A DNA stretch of 64,000 bases, from assembly GCA_003560165.1 (NCBI GenBank), contig PWJC01000139.1, positions 376-64,375 on the forward strand, written 5' to 3'. The stretch comes from Bacteroidales bacterium. Lineage in GTDB: Bacteria > Bacteroidota > Bacteroidia > Bacteroidales > UBA7960. The position numbers and the translations under genes were made by a program. Positions 20,374 through 28,651 of this stretch are shown one piece after another; position 1 is the first letter of the stretch; every line of letters begins with the position of its first letter. The notes beneath the pieces are model-generated. The model worked only from the letters and a program-made list of their open reading frames with translations, was not told where the DNA came from and made no database searches.

Positions 20374-20567
20374 CTTAAAAAAATACTACAAACGACAGAC
20401 AATGTCTATGTTTATACGGAACAAGAAAGGGATGCTGCAGACAACACCCGGAGGGATTTGTTCCGCAAGTCAGTTTCCGGTTTGGACCCGTTGCAGCCAG
20501 GGCAACCGGGCTTAAAGGTAGTTTCTGACCGGGCTGTCCTCACTGCCCATTTCCGCGTCCAGGCTGT

Positions 20568-22190
20568 TCAGAAGGGGAATTCGTCCGGGACTTCCTCGCG
20601 CGGGCCCTCATCGTCCTCAACAGGCCTGGCCGGCTGATGCACCGTTCTTCCGTTTACATAGATGGCCTTGTAGGGCTCGGTGGGACAGGCGAATTCACAG
20701 GCCCCGCAACCGACACAGAGCGATGGGGTCAGCCTGGGAATGAAGAGCCCGTCTCTGTAGGGAACCATTTGCACCGCCTTGGTGGGGCAGTGTTCCGAAC
20801 AGGCACCGCAATCGGTCCGGTCGGCCACCACAATGCAGCTTTCGACCTGGAAGCGTACCACCCCTGTCTGGATCAGCCGTTTTTGCCCGGGGGTTTGATG
20901 CGTTATTGCCCCGGTGGGGCATACCTCGGTACACCTGACACAGTCGTAATTGCAGAAACTCCGGTGAAAATCGAGCCTTGGTTGCATGAAGCCTTCCAAT
21001 CCGAAAGTGAAAAAACTGGGAACGATCACCTTCGTGGGGCATGTGCTTACGCAAAGATAACAGGCGATGCAATGCGAGGTGAAATGCGAATGGCTCAGCG
21101 ACCCGGGAGGCGTTACCGGCAGCTGGCTGTCGATTGGAATGCTTCCGGCACCGCCCCTATGGTGGAGGTGCCTTCTTTGCTGCCGGCCCGCCAGGACTGC
21201 ATGGCCCTGCCGGGCAGCAGCAAATTTCAGCCCCATTGGAATACTGGCCAGCCCTCCTGCCAGGGTCAGCAGGAACTGCCGTTTGCCTTTGTCTGAGTTT
21301 GCAGGCTGTCTGACGGGGCCGGACTTTTTCCGGAGTTCGTAGTAAAGACCCTGGTTGGGGCAGGATGCAAAGCAGTTGAAACAGTTGATGCAACGGCTCT
21401 GATCTACCTTTTTGGCTCTGGAGTCGAGGCATTCGGCCTTGCATACCCTTTCGCACTTCCCGCAATGGGTGCAGGCCTGCTCATGAAATCCGATGCGGTA
21501 AACCGAGTGTCCGGCCAGCAGCCCCAGGGCACTGCCTGCCGGGCAGATGGTATTGCAGAACAGCCGCCCCCTCCAGGCTGCCATGGTGCCAACTACCGCG
21601 AACAGCCCCACCGAGACCGCCACTACATCCAGGGGCAGGGCATGCATGCTCATGGGCGCCACCGCAAAAACATCAAAGCGTTCGAGGGTAAATGCCAGGG
21701 TGTTGTTTATCCAGATGGTTGCCGGGTGGAACAGGCTAACTGAGAATTTCCCGAAGTTGGCATAGGGATCGAGCAGGTTCAGCAAAAAAAGGCTGCCACC
21801 GGCCCACAGCAAAACGGTGGCAGCCAGTATGCTGTAACGGAGCAGGTTTTTTCTGTTGGAGGTATACCGGAACCTTTGCGTTTTTCTCTTCCTGAATTGC
21901 CTCGAGAGGGCCGTGATCATGTCCTGAAGGGTGCCCATAGGGCAGATGGATGAGCAATACACCCGCCCGAAAAGCAGGGTGAGCAGGATGACCAGGACAA
22001 ATCCCGTTGCGGCTGTGCCGAACGACAAGGCCAGCATGCGCAGCACCGAGGGGAATAGTTGCAGCTGCAGCAATCCGTCGCCCAGGGGGGCGATCAGCGG
22101 GAGGGCAATCCCCAAAAAAACAAACAGGATGGCAACGAAAAACACCAGGGAAACAAGGATCCTGATCTTTCGCAGATGATACAGTGGCAT
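20568..22190 (-). CDS. Membrane-anchored polyferredoxin (NapH/MauN-like N-terminal module fused to a NapG-like multi-[4Fe-4S] module)
   Basis: The N-terminal TM helices carry two GRxxCxxxCP motifs (GRVYCSSICPMG, GRLFCNTICPAG). Six CxxCxxCxxxC(P)-type motifs follow (CTHCGKCERVC, CINCFNCFASCP, CIACYLCVSTCP, CVRCTEVCP, CGACSEHCP, CVGCGACEFACP). There is an internal KRQFLLTLAGG segment. Confidence 0.85.
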   Translation of the reverse strand: MPLYHLRKIRILVSLVFFVAILFVFLGIALPLIAPLGDGLLQLQLFPSVLRMLALSFGTAATGFVLVILLTLLFGRVYCSSICPMGTLQDMITALSRQFRKRKTQRFRYTSNRKNLLRYSILAATVLLWAGGSLFLLNLLDPYANFGKFSVSLFHPATIWINNTLAFTLERFDVFAVAPMSMHALPLDVVAVSVGLFAVVGTMAAWRGRLFCNTICPAGSALGLLAGHSVYRIGFHEQACTHCGKCERVCKAECLDSRAKKVDQSRCINCFNCFASCPNQGLYYELRKKSGPVRQPANSDKGKRQFLLTLAGGLASIPMGLKFAAARQGHAVLAGRQQRRHLHHRGGAGSIPIDSQLPVTPPGSLSHSHFTSHCIACYLCVSTCPTKVIVPSFFTFGLEGFMQPRLDFHRSFCNYDCVRCTEVCPTGAITHQTPGQKRLIQTGVVRFQVESCIVVADRTDCGACSEHCPTKAVQMVPYRDGLFIPRLTPSLCVGCGACEFACPTEPYKAIYVNGRTVHQPARPVEDDEGPREEVPDEFPF

Positions 22191-22266
22191 GGGGGACGCT
22201 GGTTTTAATTGTTTTGGACAGGTATAAGGACCGTTAGCCGGCTTTGGCTGAACAACGGCCCGGCGA

Positions 22267-23193
22267 TCACATGCTGAGCCTTTGGATGTTCAGCTGGTCA
22301 AGATGGATGTTCCCGATGCCCATTTCGGCCGCAATACGCAAATGGCCAATGTCCTGGGGCTGGTGACCCAGCAGCATGGCGCTGGCTGCATCAATGGCCA
22401 GGATGTCGGAAGACACCAGCAGGCTTCGCATCCTGCTCAGGTCGGCTTCGGAGGTTCCCCTGGGGCCGTTTTGTGTCATCACCAGGTAGGCGTCCACGAT
22501 ATTCAGGTCGGGTTTTCTGTAAAGGCAGAAATCGGCAATACACTGGTGAAGGTCGTTGCGGTGCCAGAAACGCCTGTCCCATACCACCCCCATCAGGTTT
22601 TTCATGGCGATGGTCACCGTGGTCGAAGCATGATGCTTCAAAATGGGCACATTGATGAACACATCGCTCTCGATCAGGCGTTCGTATACCTTGGCGCTGG
22701 TCAGTCTGCGCCCTCCCCGAACCGGTACTTCCCGGTAATAGCGCTCCATATTGGCCGGCAGCATCTGGCCTCCTGCCCCCCTGACAGCCTGTTCAATGCC
22801 GCTGTTTTCGTAGCTTCGTTGCCAGTTGTCGCAGGTATGGTCGAAAACAAATACCCTGGAGGCACCTGCCGACAGGCAGTCCTCAACGATGGCTGCGACC
22901 AGGCCGGGGTTGGTATTGGCAGCACGCTCGGGGGGCACGTCCCAGCTGGCATTCGGTTTCACACAGACGCTCTGTCCGGGGCGCACAAACTCTTCCATTC
23001 CCCCCAGTTCGGCCATCGCCCTGCGGTACATTTCTACGGGCCTGCCCCCGCGTACCGCAACCAGATCGAAGGGCATGAGATTGTTTTTGCTGCTGTTTGC
23101 ACCAAACAGGGGGAGGCGCCCGAGGGTGGATGCATACAGGCTGCCCAGCCCCGAATAGATGGCCCCTTTTCTGAGGAACTGCCTTCTGTCCAT
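22267..23193 (-). CDS. DUF362 domain protein with a twin-arginine (TAT) signal
   Basis: N-terminus MDRRQFLRKGAIYSGLGS has the RRxFLK TAT motif. The body resembles DUF362 (VCVKPNASW.., NTNPGLVAAIVEDCLSAGASRVFVFDH). Confidence 0.75.
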   Translation of the reverse strand: MDRRQFLRKGAIYSGLGSLYASTLGRLPLFGANSSKNNLMPFDLVAVRGGRPVEMYRRAMAELGGMEEFVRPGQSVCVKPNASWDVPPERAANTNPGLVAAIVEDCLSAGASRVFVFDHTCDNWQRSYENSGIEQAVRGAGGQMLPANMERYYREVPVRGGRRLTSAKVYERLIESDVFINVPILKHHASTTVTIAMKNLMGVVWDRRFWHRNDLHQCIADFCLYRKPDLNIVDAYLVMTQNGPRGTSEADLSRMRSLLVSSDILAIDAASAMLLGHQPQDIGHLRIAAEMGIGNIHLDQLNIQRLSM

Positions 23194-23225
23194 ACGCAGT
23201 TATTTTTTGTAAGGATTTTTCCATG

Positions 23226-23233
23226 CAAATTTA
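23226..23233 (-). promoter_or_regulatory. Candidate -7 box TAAATTTG for the DUF362/polyferredoxin genes
   Basis: The minus strand reads TAAATTTG, 33 nt upstream of the ATG at 23193. Confidence 0.4.
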
Positions 23234-23254
23234 TCATTTAAGCTGGCTTTTTAC

Positions 23255-23262
23255 TATTTTTG
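23255..23262 (+). promoter_or_regulatory. Candidate -7 box TATTTTTG (divergent, towards the 23373 gene)
   Basis: Exact TAnnTTTG match on the plus strand, ~110 nt upstream of the ATG at 23373. Confidence 0.3.
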
Positions 23263-23372
23263 AACCCGGTTATCGGGTCTGAACGCTTAATTTATAATGA
23301 GTTTACGCAAGCCAGGCCGCCACGACCCTATCGCCCGAACCCAATACCGATTACCAAACCAACCTTCTTGTC

Positions 23373-23894
23373 ATGTCAACCGCCCAGTCCAACGCCACCA
23401 CCCTGATGCCGGGAGTCAATGTGCGGGCCATCGTGTTCGACCTCCTTGCAATCGCCTTTATCTACCTCGTGCCCACCATCTCCCACATGCTCAGCATCAA
23501 ACTCTACCTGCTGGAGCCCATGCGGCTGATGCTCATCCTGGCCATGGTACATACCCGGCCCAGAAATGCCTATGTGCTGGCCCTGACACTGCCTTTCTTT
23601 TCCTATATCCTGTCCGCCCATCCTTTGTTGGTGAAATCGGCGCTGATTGCTGTTGAACTCTCGGTCATGGTCTTTTTGTTCTACTTCCTGGTCAGGCGAA
23701 TCCACTCCCTGGCTGCAATTTTCGCCAGCATCTGGATCAGCAAGCTGTTGTATTACCTGCTGAAATATGCGGCCATTTCGACCGTGCTGCCGGCAGAACC
23801 CCTTGTGGGGACGCCGCTGCAGCTTCAATTGCTTACTTCTGCGGCATTCAGCCTTTATGTGTATTTCATGTTCAGGCAGCACCGAAAAGAATGA
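23373..23894 (+). CDS. Hypothetical polytopic membrane protein (173 aa)
   Basis: Five or so hydrophobic helices and coding-like composition. No family recognised. Confidence 0.6.
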   Translation: MSTAQSNATTLMPGVNVRAIVFDLLAIAFIYLVPTISHMLSIKLYLLEPMRLMLILAMVHTRPRNAYVLALTLPFFSYILSAHPLLVKSALIAVELSVMVFLFYFLVRRIHSLAAIFASIWISKLLYYLLKYAAISTVLPAEPLVGTPLQLQLLTSAAFSLYVYFMFRQHRKE

Positions 23895-23944
23895 TTCCCT
23901 CTGTTTGAGATAACTTCTCCCAGCGGAAGCATTATCTTTGTGGC

Positions 23945-24520
23945 ATGATTATCCTTGACAAAACCCTGTTGTCGGACGAGTTGTATTCCGAACGTTTCGT
24001 TTGCGATCTGAAGGCATGCAAGGGCGGCTGCTGTGTTGAGGGTGAGGCGGGTGCACCCTTAACGGAAGAGGAAACCGGCATACTGAACAAGGTGTTGGTG
24101 AAGATAAGCCCGTTCATGGCCCCCGAAGGCCTTGCCGCCATTGGGCAGCAGGGCCATTGGGTGGTGGACAGGGACGGTGATCTGACCACTCCCCTGGTTG
24201 GTGGCAAACAATGCGCCTATGCATTCTTTGACGGGGATGGGGTGGCCAGATGTGCCATCGAAAAGGCCTTTGAAGCCGGCCTGACTGGCTTCAGAAAACC
24301 CATCTCCTGTCACCTCTATCCTATCCGGATCACAGAATACCCCCATTATGAAGCCCTGAACTACCATCGCTGGCCAATTTGCAAGCATGCGCGCATCAAG
24401 GGAAAGGAATTGAATGTAAGGGTGGTTCACTTTGCCAGGGAGGCCCTGGTGCGCAAATACGGTCAAAAGTGGTACGGTGAGCTGGAAGAATATATCCGCC
24501 TTGGCCTTCATGAAGACTGA
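23945..24520 (+). CDS. DUF3109 family protein (Cys-rich)
   Basis: Has the N-terminal motif FVCDLKACKGGCCVEGEAGAPLTEEE that I associate with DUF3109. 191 aa. Confidence 0.7.
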   Translation: MIILDKTLLSDELYSERFVCDLKACKGGCCVEGEAGAPLTEEETGILNKVLVKISPFMAPEGLAAIGQQGHWVVDRDGDLTTPLVGGKQCAYAFFDGDGVARCAIEKAFEAGLTGFRKPISCHLYPIRITEYPHYEALNYHRWPICKHARIKGKELNVRVVHFAREALVRKYGQKWYGELEEYIRLGLHED

Positions 24521-25659
24521 GCCGCCTTCTGCCTCAGTTTTTTCCACCACCGGCTGAGCTTGCCCGAACGGATGGAATGCCTTGAAGTGCCTTTCCGCCC
24601 CAGCAAATAAGCATAAGGCTGCATGGATTCGCTGTGTGAGAAAACAATGCGCAGGCCGGCCAGCATGGGCACGATGAGCAACATTCCCGGTACGCCCCAT
24701 ATCATGCTGGCTGCCACCAGCCCGATGATCACAAAAAACGGACTGATGTTCACATTGCCGCCCACGATATTGGGGGTAAGGATGTTGTTCTCTATAAACT
24801 GGATGCCAATAAACAGCACGGCCACCCGGAACGCGAGTACAGGATCGCCCTCGACCAGAAAGGCGAAAAAAAACGGAACCAGCCCGCCCAGCAGGGTGCC
24901 GAAATAGGGGATGAAGTTGAACAGGGCCGCAGCAACCCCAAGCGGAATGGGGAATCTTAGCCCGATGATCCAGATGCCCAGCGAATTGATGACGCAAAGG
25001 ATCAATACCACCACCAATACCCCATACAGGTAGCGTACCATCATGGTTGACATTTCGCGGAGGATGGCGATTACCCGGGTTTTGTGTTTTCTTCCCCCTA
25101 ATTGGAGCAAAAAGTACATGAACTTGGTCCGGTAATACAGAAAAAGGAATATATACACCGGCAGCAGGCCAAAGGCCACTGCGGTAGTGGTCGTTGCCCC
25201 GAACAATGCCTGAAGTTGCTGTCCGGTGGCTTCGAACATCGACTCAAGCCGCTCATTAACAGCCTCCCGGGTATTGTCGGGCTCAAAACCAAAATAAGTA
25301 CCCAGCCGGGCCATCATTTCCGACAGGTTTTCCCTTGCTGTTCCGGCCAGTTCGGGCAGGTTGATGGCCAGGGGCGTGATGATGGAATAGATCCCCAGCA
25401 GCAGTCCCGCAAGGACGAGCAAGCCCCCGGCAATAACGATCAGGTTGGCCAGGATGCGGGGGAAATGCTTTTTTTCAAACCAGTTGGCCATGGGATAGAG
25501 CAGGTAGCCCAGCAGAAAGCCAAAGGCAATGGGATAAAGGAAGTTGCGTACGCTCATGAGTCCGTATACCAGCAGGAGGATGGCCAGCAGGGTATAGCTG
25601 ATTCGCCTGGCCACATAATGCCTGGTTTCGGTGTGGGAGGATGATTGCCCGGGCTCCAT
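24508..25659 (-). CDS. AI-2E family transporter (PerM/YhhT-like permease)
   Basis: 383-aa polytopic protein with typical AI-2E segments (FIPYFGTLLGGLVP, NILTPNIVGGNVNISPF). Confidence 0.85.
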   Translation of the reverse strand: MEPGQSSSHTETRHYVARRISYTLLAILLLVYGLMSVRNFLYPIAFGFLLGYLLYPMANWFEKKHFPRILANLIVIAGGLLVLAGLLLGIYSIITPLAINLPELAGTARENLSEMMARLGTYFGFEPDNTREAVNERLESMFEATGQQLQALFGATTTTAVAFGLLPVYIFLFLYYRTKFMYFLLQLGGRKHKTRVIAILREMSTMMVRYLYGVLVVVLILCVINSLGIWIIGLRFPIPLGVAAALFNFIPYFGTLLGGLVPFFFAFLVEGDPVLAFRVAVLFIGIQFIENNILTPNIVGGNVNISPFFVIIGLVAASMIWGVPGMLLIVPMLAGLRIVFSHSESMQPYAYLLGRKGTSRHSIRSGKLSRWWKKLRQKAAQSS

Positions 25660-25755
25660 ATCAATGATGGGTGAATGATGTTAAAGTTACACAAAGAGAT
25701 TTATCCGTACAAATGCCATTGAACCATCATCCGGAAGCCTTTGGATACGTTGGGA

Positions 25756-25763
25756 TATTTTTG
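25756..25763 (+). promoter_or_regulatory. Candidate -7 box TATTTTTG for the small OMP gene
   Basis: Exact TAnnTTTG match, ~90 nt upstream of the ATG at 25855. Confidence 0.35.
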
Positions 25764-25773
25764 TAACTTTAGG

Positions 25774-25800
25774 GGAACGAAGACGGAAGACGGAAGAACG
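25774..25800. repeat. Purine-rich heptamer tandem repeat (ACGAAG ACGGAAG ACGGAAG AACG)
   Basis: Read directly from the sequence. It lies in the predicted 5' leader of the 25855 gene. Confidence 0.85.
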
Positions 25801-25854
25801 ACCTTTTGACTTTTTATCCTTTTCTGCATTACGAAAACAAAAAATTACAAACAG

Positions 25855-26334
25855 ATGAAGCGGATAGTGACTTTTGCTGTTTTTACTTTGGGAATGGTTT
25901 ATTTTGCTCAGGCACAGGTGAACCCCCGGGCCCTGGGCCTGCGCCTTGGAAGTGATGGCGATATCAGCGGGGCTGAGATCTCCTATCAGCATGCCACGGG
26001 TGGGCCCAACCGGATGGAATGGGACCTTGGATTCGGTAGCAGCAGGCGCCATAACAGGATCCACCTGGCCGCCATTTACCACTGGGTGTGGCCTATTACC
26101 AATGGACTCAACTGGTACGCCGGCCCGGGTGGAAGCATAGGGTTCCATACCTACCGCGATTACGCCGACACCTTCAATATGGCCCTCGGCGGGCAGGTCG
26201 GCCTGGAGTATGATTTCAATTACCAGGACGCACCCATATTGCTGAGCTTGGATATCAGGCCGCTGTGGGACTTCATCGGCGAACATGCCGGATTGGGATG
26301 GGGGCTTTCGCTGGGGATACGGTATACCTGGTAA
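25855..26334 (+). CDS. Small outer-membrane beta-barrel protein (about 8 strands)
   Basis: Signal peptide MKRIVTFAVFTLGMVYFAQAQ, alternating beta-strand pattern, and a C-terminal aromatic residue (..GIRYTW). Confidence 0.7.
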   Translation: MKRIVTFAVFTLGMVYFAQAQVNPRALGLRLGSDGDISGAEISYQHATGGPNRMEWDLGFGSSRRHNRIHLAAIYHWVWPITNGLNWYAGPGGSIGFHTYRDYADTFNMALGGQVGLEYDFNYQDAPILLSLDIRPLWDFIGEHAGLGWGLSLGIRYTW

Positions 26335-26385
26335 GTCCTGGGTTGCGGCTGCCCCGAACCGGAAATGCCCTGCCCCCGTCTGGCC

Positions 26386-27918
26386 TCAGGCTTTTGCGGG
26401 GATAGCCCTGATGGCTTTCTCCAGTCGCCGGACAACCTCTTCCCGGCCAAGCAGTGTCATGATGTCTTTTACATCAGGACCTTTGCCTTCGCCGACCATT
26501 GCCAGACGCAGCACCGGCATGATCTGCCCGGGTCCGGTTCCGCTTTCTTTCATGACAAGCTCCAGTACAGCTTCGATGCTGTCCTTGTCGAAAGAAGAGA
26601 CCGTTTTCAGCTTTTCCGCCACCTGCCTCAGGGTGGAAGGGGTGCCGGCTTTCCACTTCTTTTTCACAAACTGTTCGTCGTAGCCTTCGGGGGCCTCAAA
26701 AAAGAAAGCGGACTGATCCCATAGTTCATGCACAAAGTGGGCCCGCTCCCTCACCAGGGCAATGACATTTTTTACTTTTTCTTCGGGGGCCTCGATCCCC
26801 CTGGCCCTTAATATGTCGTTGAAGAGAGCGGCTAGTTCATCAATGGGTTTGTTTTGCAGGTATTGATGATTGAACCATCTGGCCTTTTCCGGGTCGAACC
26901 GGGAACCCGATTTGCCCACCCTGTCGAGCGAAAATGAACGGATGAGCTCTTCCATCGAAAAGATCTCCTGCTCGTCTCCCGGGTTCCAGCCCAGCAGGGC
27001 CAGCATGTTCACAAAGGCCCCGGCAAAATAGCCTTCTTCCCGGTAACCAGGTGCCGTTTCCCCGCTGACCGGATCCTTCCACTGCAGTGGGAACACGGGA
27101 AATCCAAGCCTGTCGCCATCGCGTTTGCTCAGTTTTCCGGGGCCGTCGGGTTTGAGCAACAGGGGCAAATGGGCAAATGCCGGCATGCTTGCTTCCCAGC
27201 CAAGGTATTGATACAGCAACACATGCAAAGGGGCCGATGGCAGCCATTCTTCGCCCCGGATAACATGGGTGATGCGCATCAGGTGGTCGTCTGCCACATT
27301 GGCCAGATGATAGGTGGGCATTCCGTCGCTTTTGTACAATACCTTGTCGTCGAGCAATCCGCTGCTGACCCTGATCTCCCCCCGGATCAGGTCATTCACC
27401 AACACTTCCCTGTCTTCGGCAGGGGTCTTTATCCGGATAACATAAGGGGTTCCCGCATGAAGCTGCTCCCTGACCCCGGCATCTGTCATGGTGAGGGAGT
27501 TCCTCATCTGCAAACGTGTGTGGCTGTCGTACTGGGGGTTGGCCGATTTGTCGGCTTCCAGTTTCCTGCGCATGGCCTCCAGTTCGGAAGGGGTGTCGAA
27601 TGCGTAATAGGCATGACCCTGACCGATTAGTTGCAGGGCATATTCCCTGTAGATTTCACTGCGTTCCGATTGGCGGTAGGGAGAATGCGGCCCCCCTTTG
27701 TCCGGTCCTTCGTCCCAGTGGATGCCACACCAGTTCAGTGATTCAATGATGTATTGCTCTGCTCCAGGCACAAAGCGGTTCTGGTCGGTGTCCTCTATGC
27801 GAAGAATGAATCTGCCGCCATGTTTTTTGGCAAACAGGTAGTTGTACAGGGCCGTGCGAACCCCCCCGATATGCAGGGGGCCGGTTGGACTGGGTGCGAA
27901 TCGGACGGCTACGCTCAT
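26386..27918 (-). CDS. gltX: Glutamate--tRNA ligase
   Basis: The HIGH motif context is RFAPSPTGPLHIGGVRTALYNY and the KMSKS-type motif is KLSKR. I chose the start at ATG 27918 (MSVAVRF). The ORF-track start at 27990 adds 24 non-homologous residues. Confidence 0.93.
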   Translation of the reverse strand: MSVAVRFAPSPTGPLHIGGVRTALYNYLFAKKHGGRFILRIEDTDQNRFVPGAEQYIIESLNWCGIHWDEGPDKGGPHSPYRQSERSEIYREYALQLIGQGHAYYAFDTPSELEAMRRKLEADKSANPQYDSHTRLQMRNSLTMTDAGVREQLHAGTPYVIRIKTPAEDREVLVNDLIRGEIRVSSGLLDDKVLYKSDGMPTYHLANVADDHLMRITHVIRGEEWLPSAPLHVLLYQYLGWEASMPAFAHLPLLLKPDGPGKLSKRDGDRLGFPVFPLQWKDPVSGETAPGYREEGYFAGAFVNMLALLGWNPGDEQEIFSMEELIRSFSLDRVGKSGSRFDPEKARWFNHQYLQNKPIDELAALFNDILRARGIEAPEEKVKNVIALVRERAHFVHELWDQSAFFFEAPEGYDEQFVKKKWKAGTPSTLRQVAEKLKTVSSFDKDSIEAVLELVMKESGTGPGQIMPVLRLAMVGEGKGPDVKDIMTLLGREEVVRRLEKAIRAIPAKA

Positions 27919-28002
27919 AGTTTGAAGGCTTTGCCCGATCCCGGTTCGGCTGACAGAAAGAAGCGGGAACGGGTCATTTGCTTTGTGCAAAGTAACAAAA
28001 AA

Positions 28003-28632
28003 CTACGTCAGGATCAACACCCGGACAATGAGCACAACTCCAAACAATATTAAGAGGCTGCCCACTATGCGGTTGAGCAGGGTGAGCAGATGAATGCTCA
28101 GGAATTTTTTGATCTTGCGTGATATGAACACTTTGACCATGTCGGTGAGAAATACGGTAGAGATGGTGGCGGCAAAGAACAGATGGATCTCCCTCGAAGG
28201 TATGTTGTACCTGGCACTGACCACGCCCATTACTCCCACCCAGAACAGGAGCAGGAAAGGATTGAGAATGTTCATAAAAAACCACTTGGAGAGGTATTTA
28301 AAAAATCTCCCTGTTTTTACCCTCACATTCAGCTGCACCGGCTTTGGGACGGTGTATTTTCGGGTAAACGTGACCACTCCGAATGCAATCAGTATGCAGC
28401 CCCCGATAATACCCAGTGCGTGGTATTGCCTGCCGGTCTCAAAAATCTGCAGCAGCCCGAAATAACTCAACGCCACCAGGGTGATGTCGCTCAGTGATAT
28501 CCCGATGGCAAACTGCAGGCCCGCAACCCTCCCCCTGTGAATGCTCGTTTGTACCAGGGAGATGAAGGCCGGTCCGACCAAAAAAGCCAGGGTGATGCCC
28601 AGGATAATCCCTTCGATCAAGGCCATTGTCAT
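28003..28632 (-). CDS. LysE family amino-acid translocator
   Basis: About 209 aa with 6 TM segments and an N-terminal GIILGITLAFLVGPAFISLVQ motif. I chose the start at ATG 28632 (MTMALIEG) so that it does not overlap the upstream GH3 gene. Confidence 0.8.
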   Translation of the reverse strand: MTMALIEGIILGITLAFLVGPAFISLVQTSIHRGRVAGLQFAIGISLSDITLVALSYFGLLQIFETGRQYHALGIIGGCILIAFGVVTFTRKYTVPKPVQLNVRVKTGRFFKYLSKWFFMNILNPFLLLFWVGVMGVVSARYNIPSREIHLFFAATISTVFLTDMVKVFISRKIKKFLSIHLLTLLNRIVGSLLILFGVVLIVRVLILT

Positions 28633-28651
28633 CGTGAGTGCTTGTTTGGGA

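Noticed and set aside
20401-20511. 36-codon ORF (MSMFIRNKKGMLQTTPGG..) in the V-ATPase upstream gap
   Set aside because: It is too short and has no supporting promoter spacing or recognisable peptide features. It lies in the terminator and promoter region between operons.
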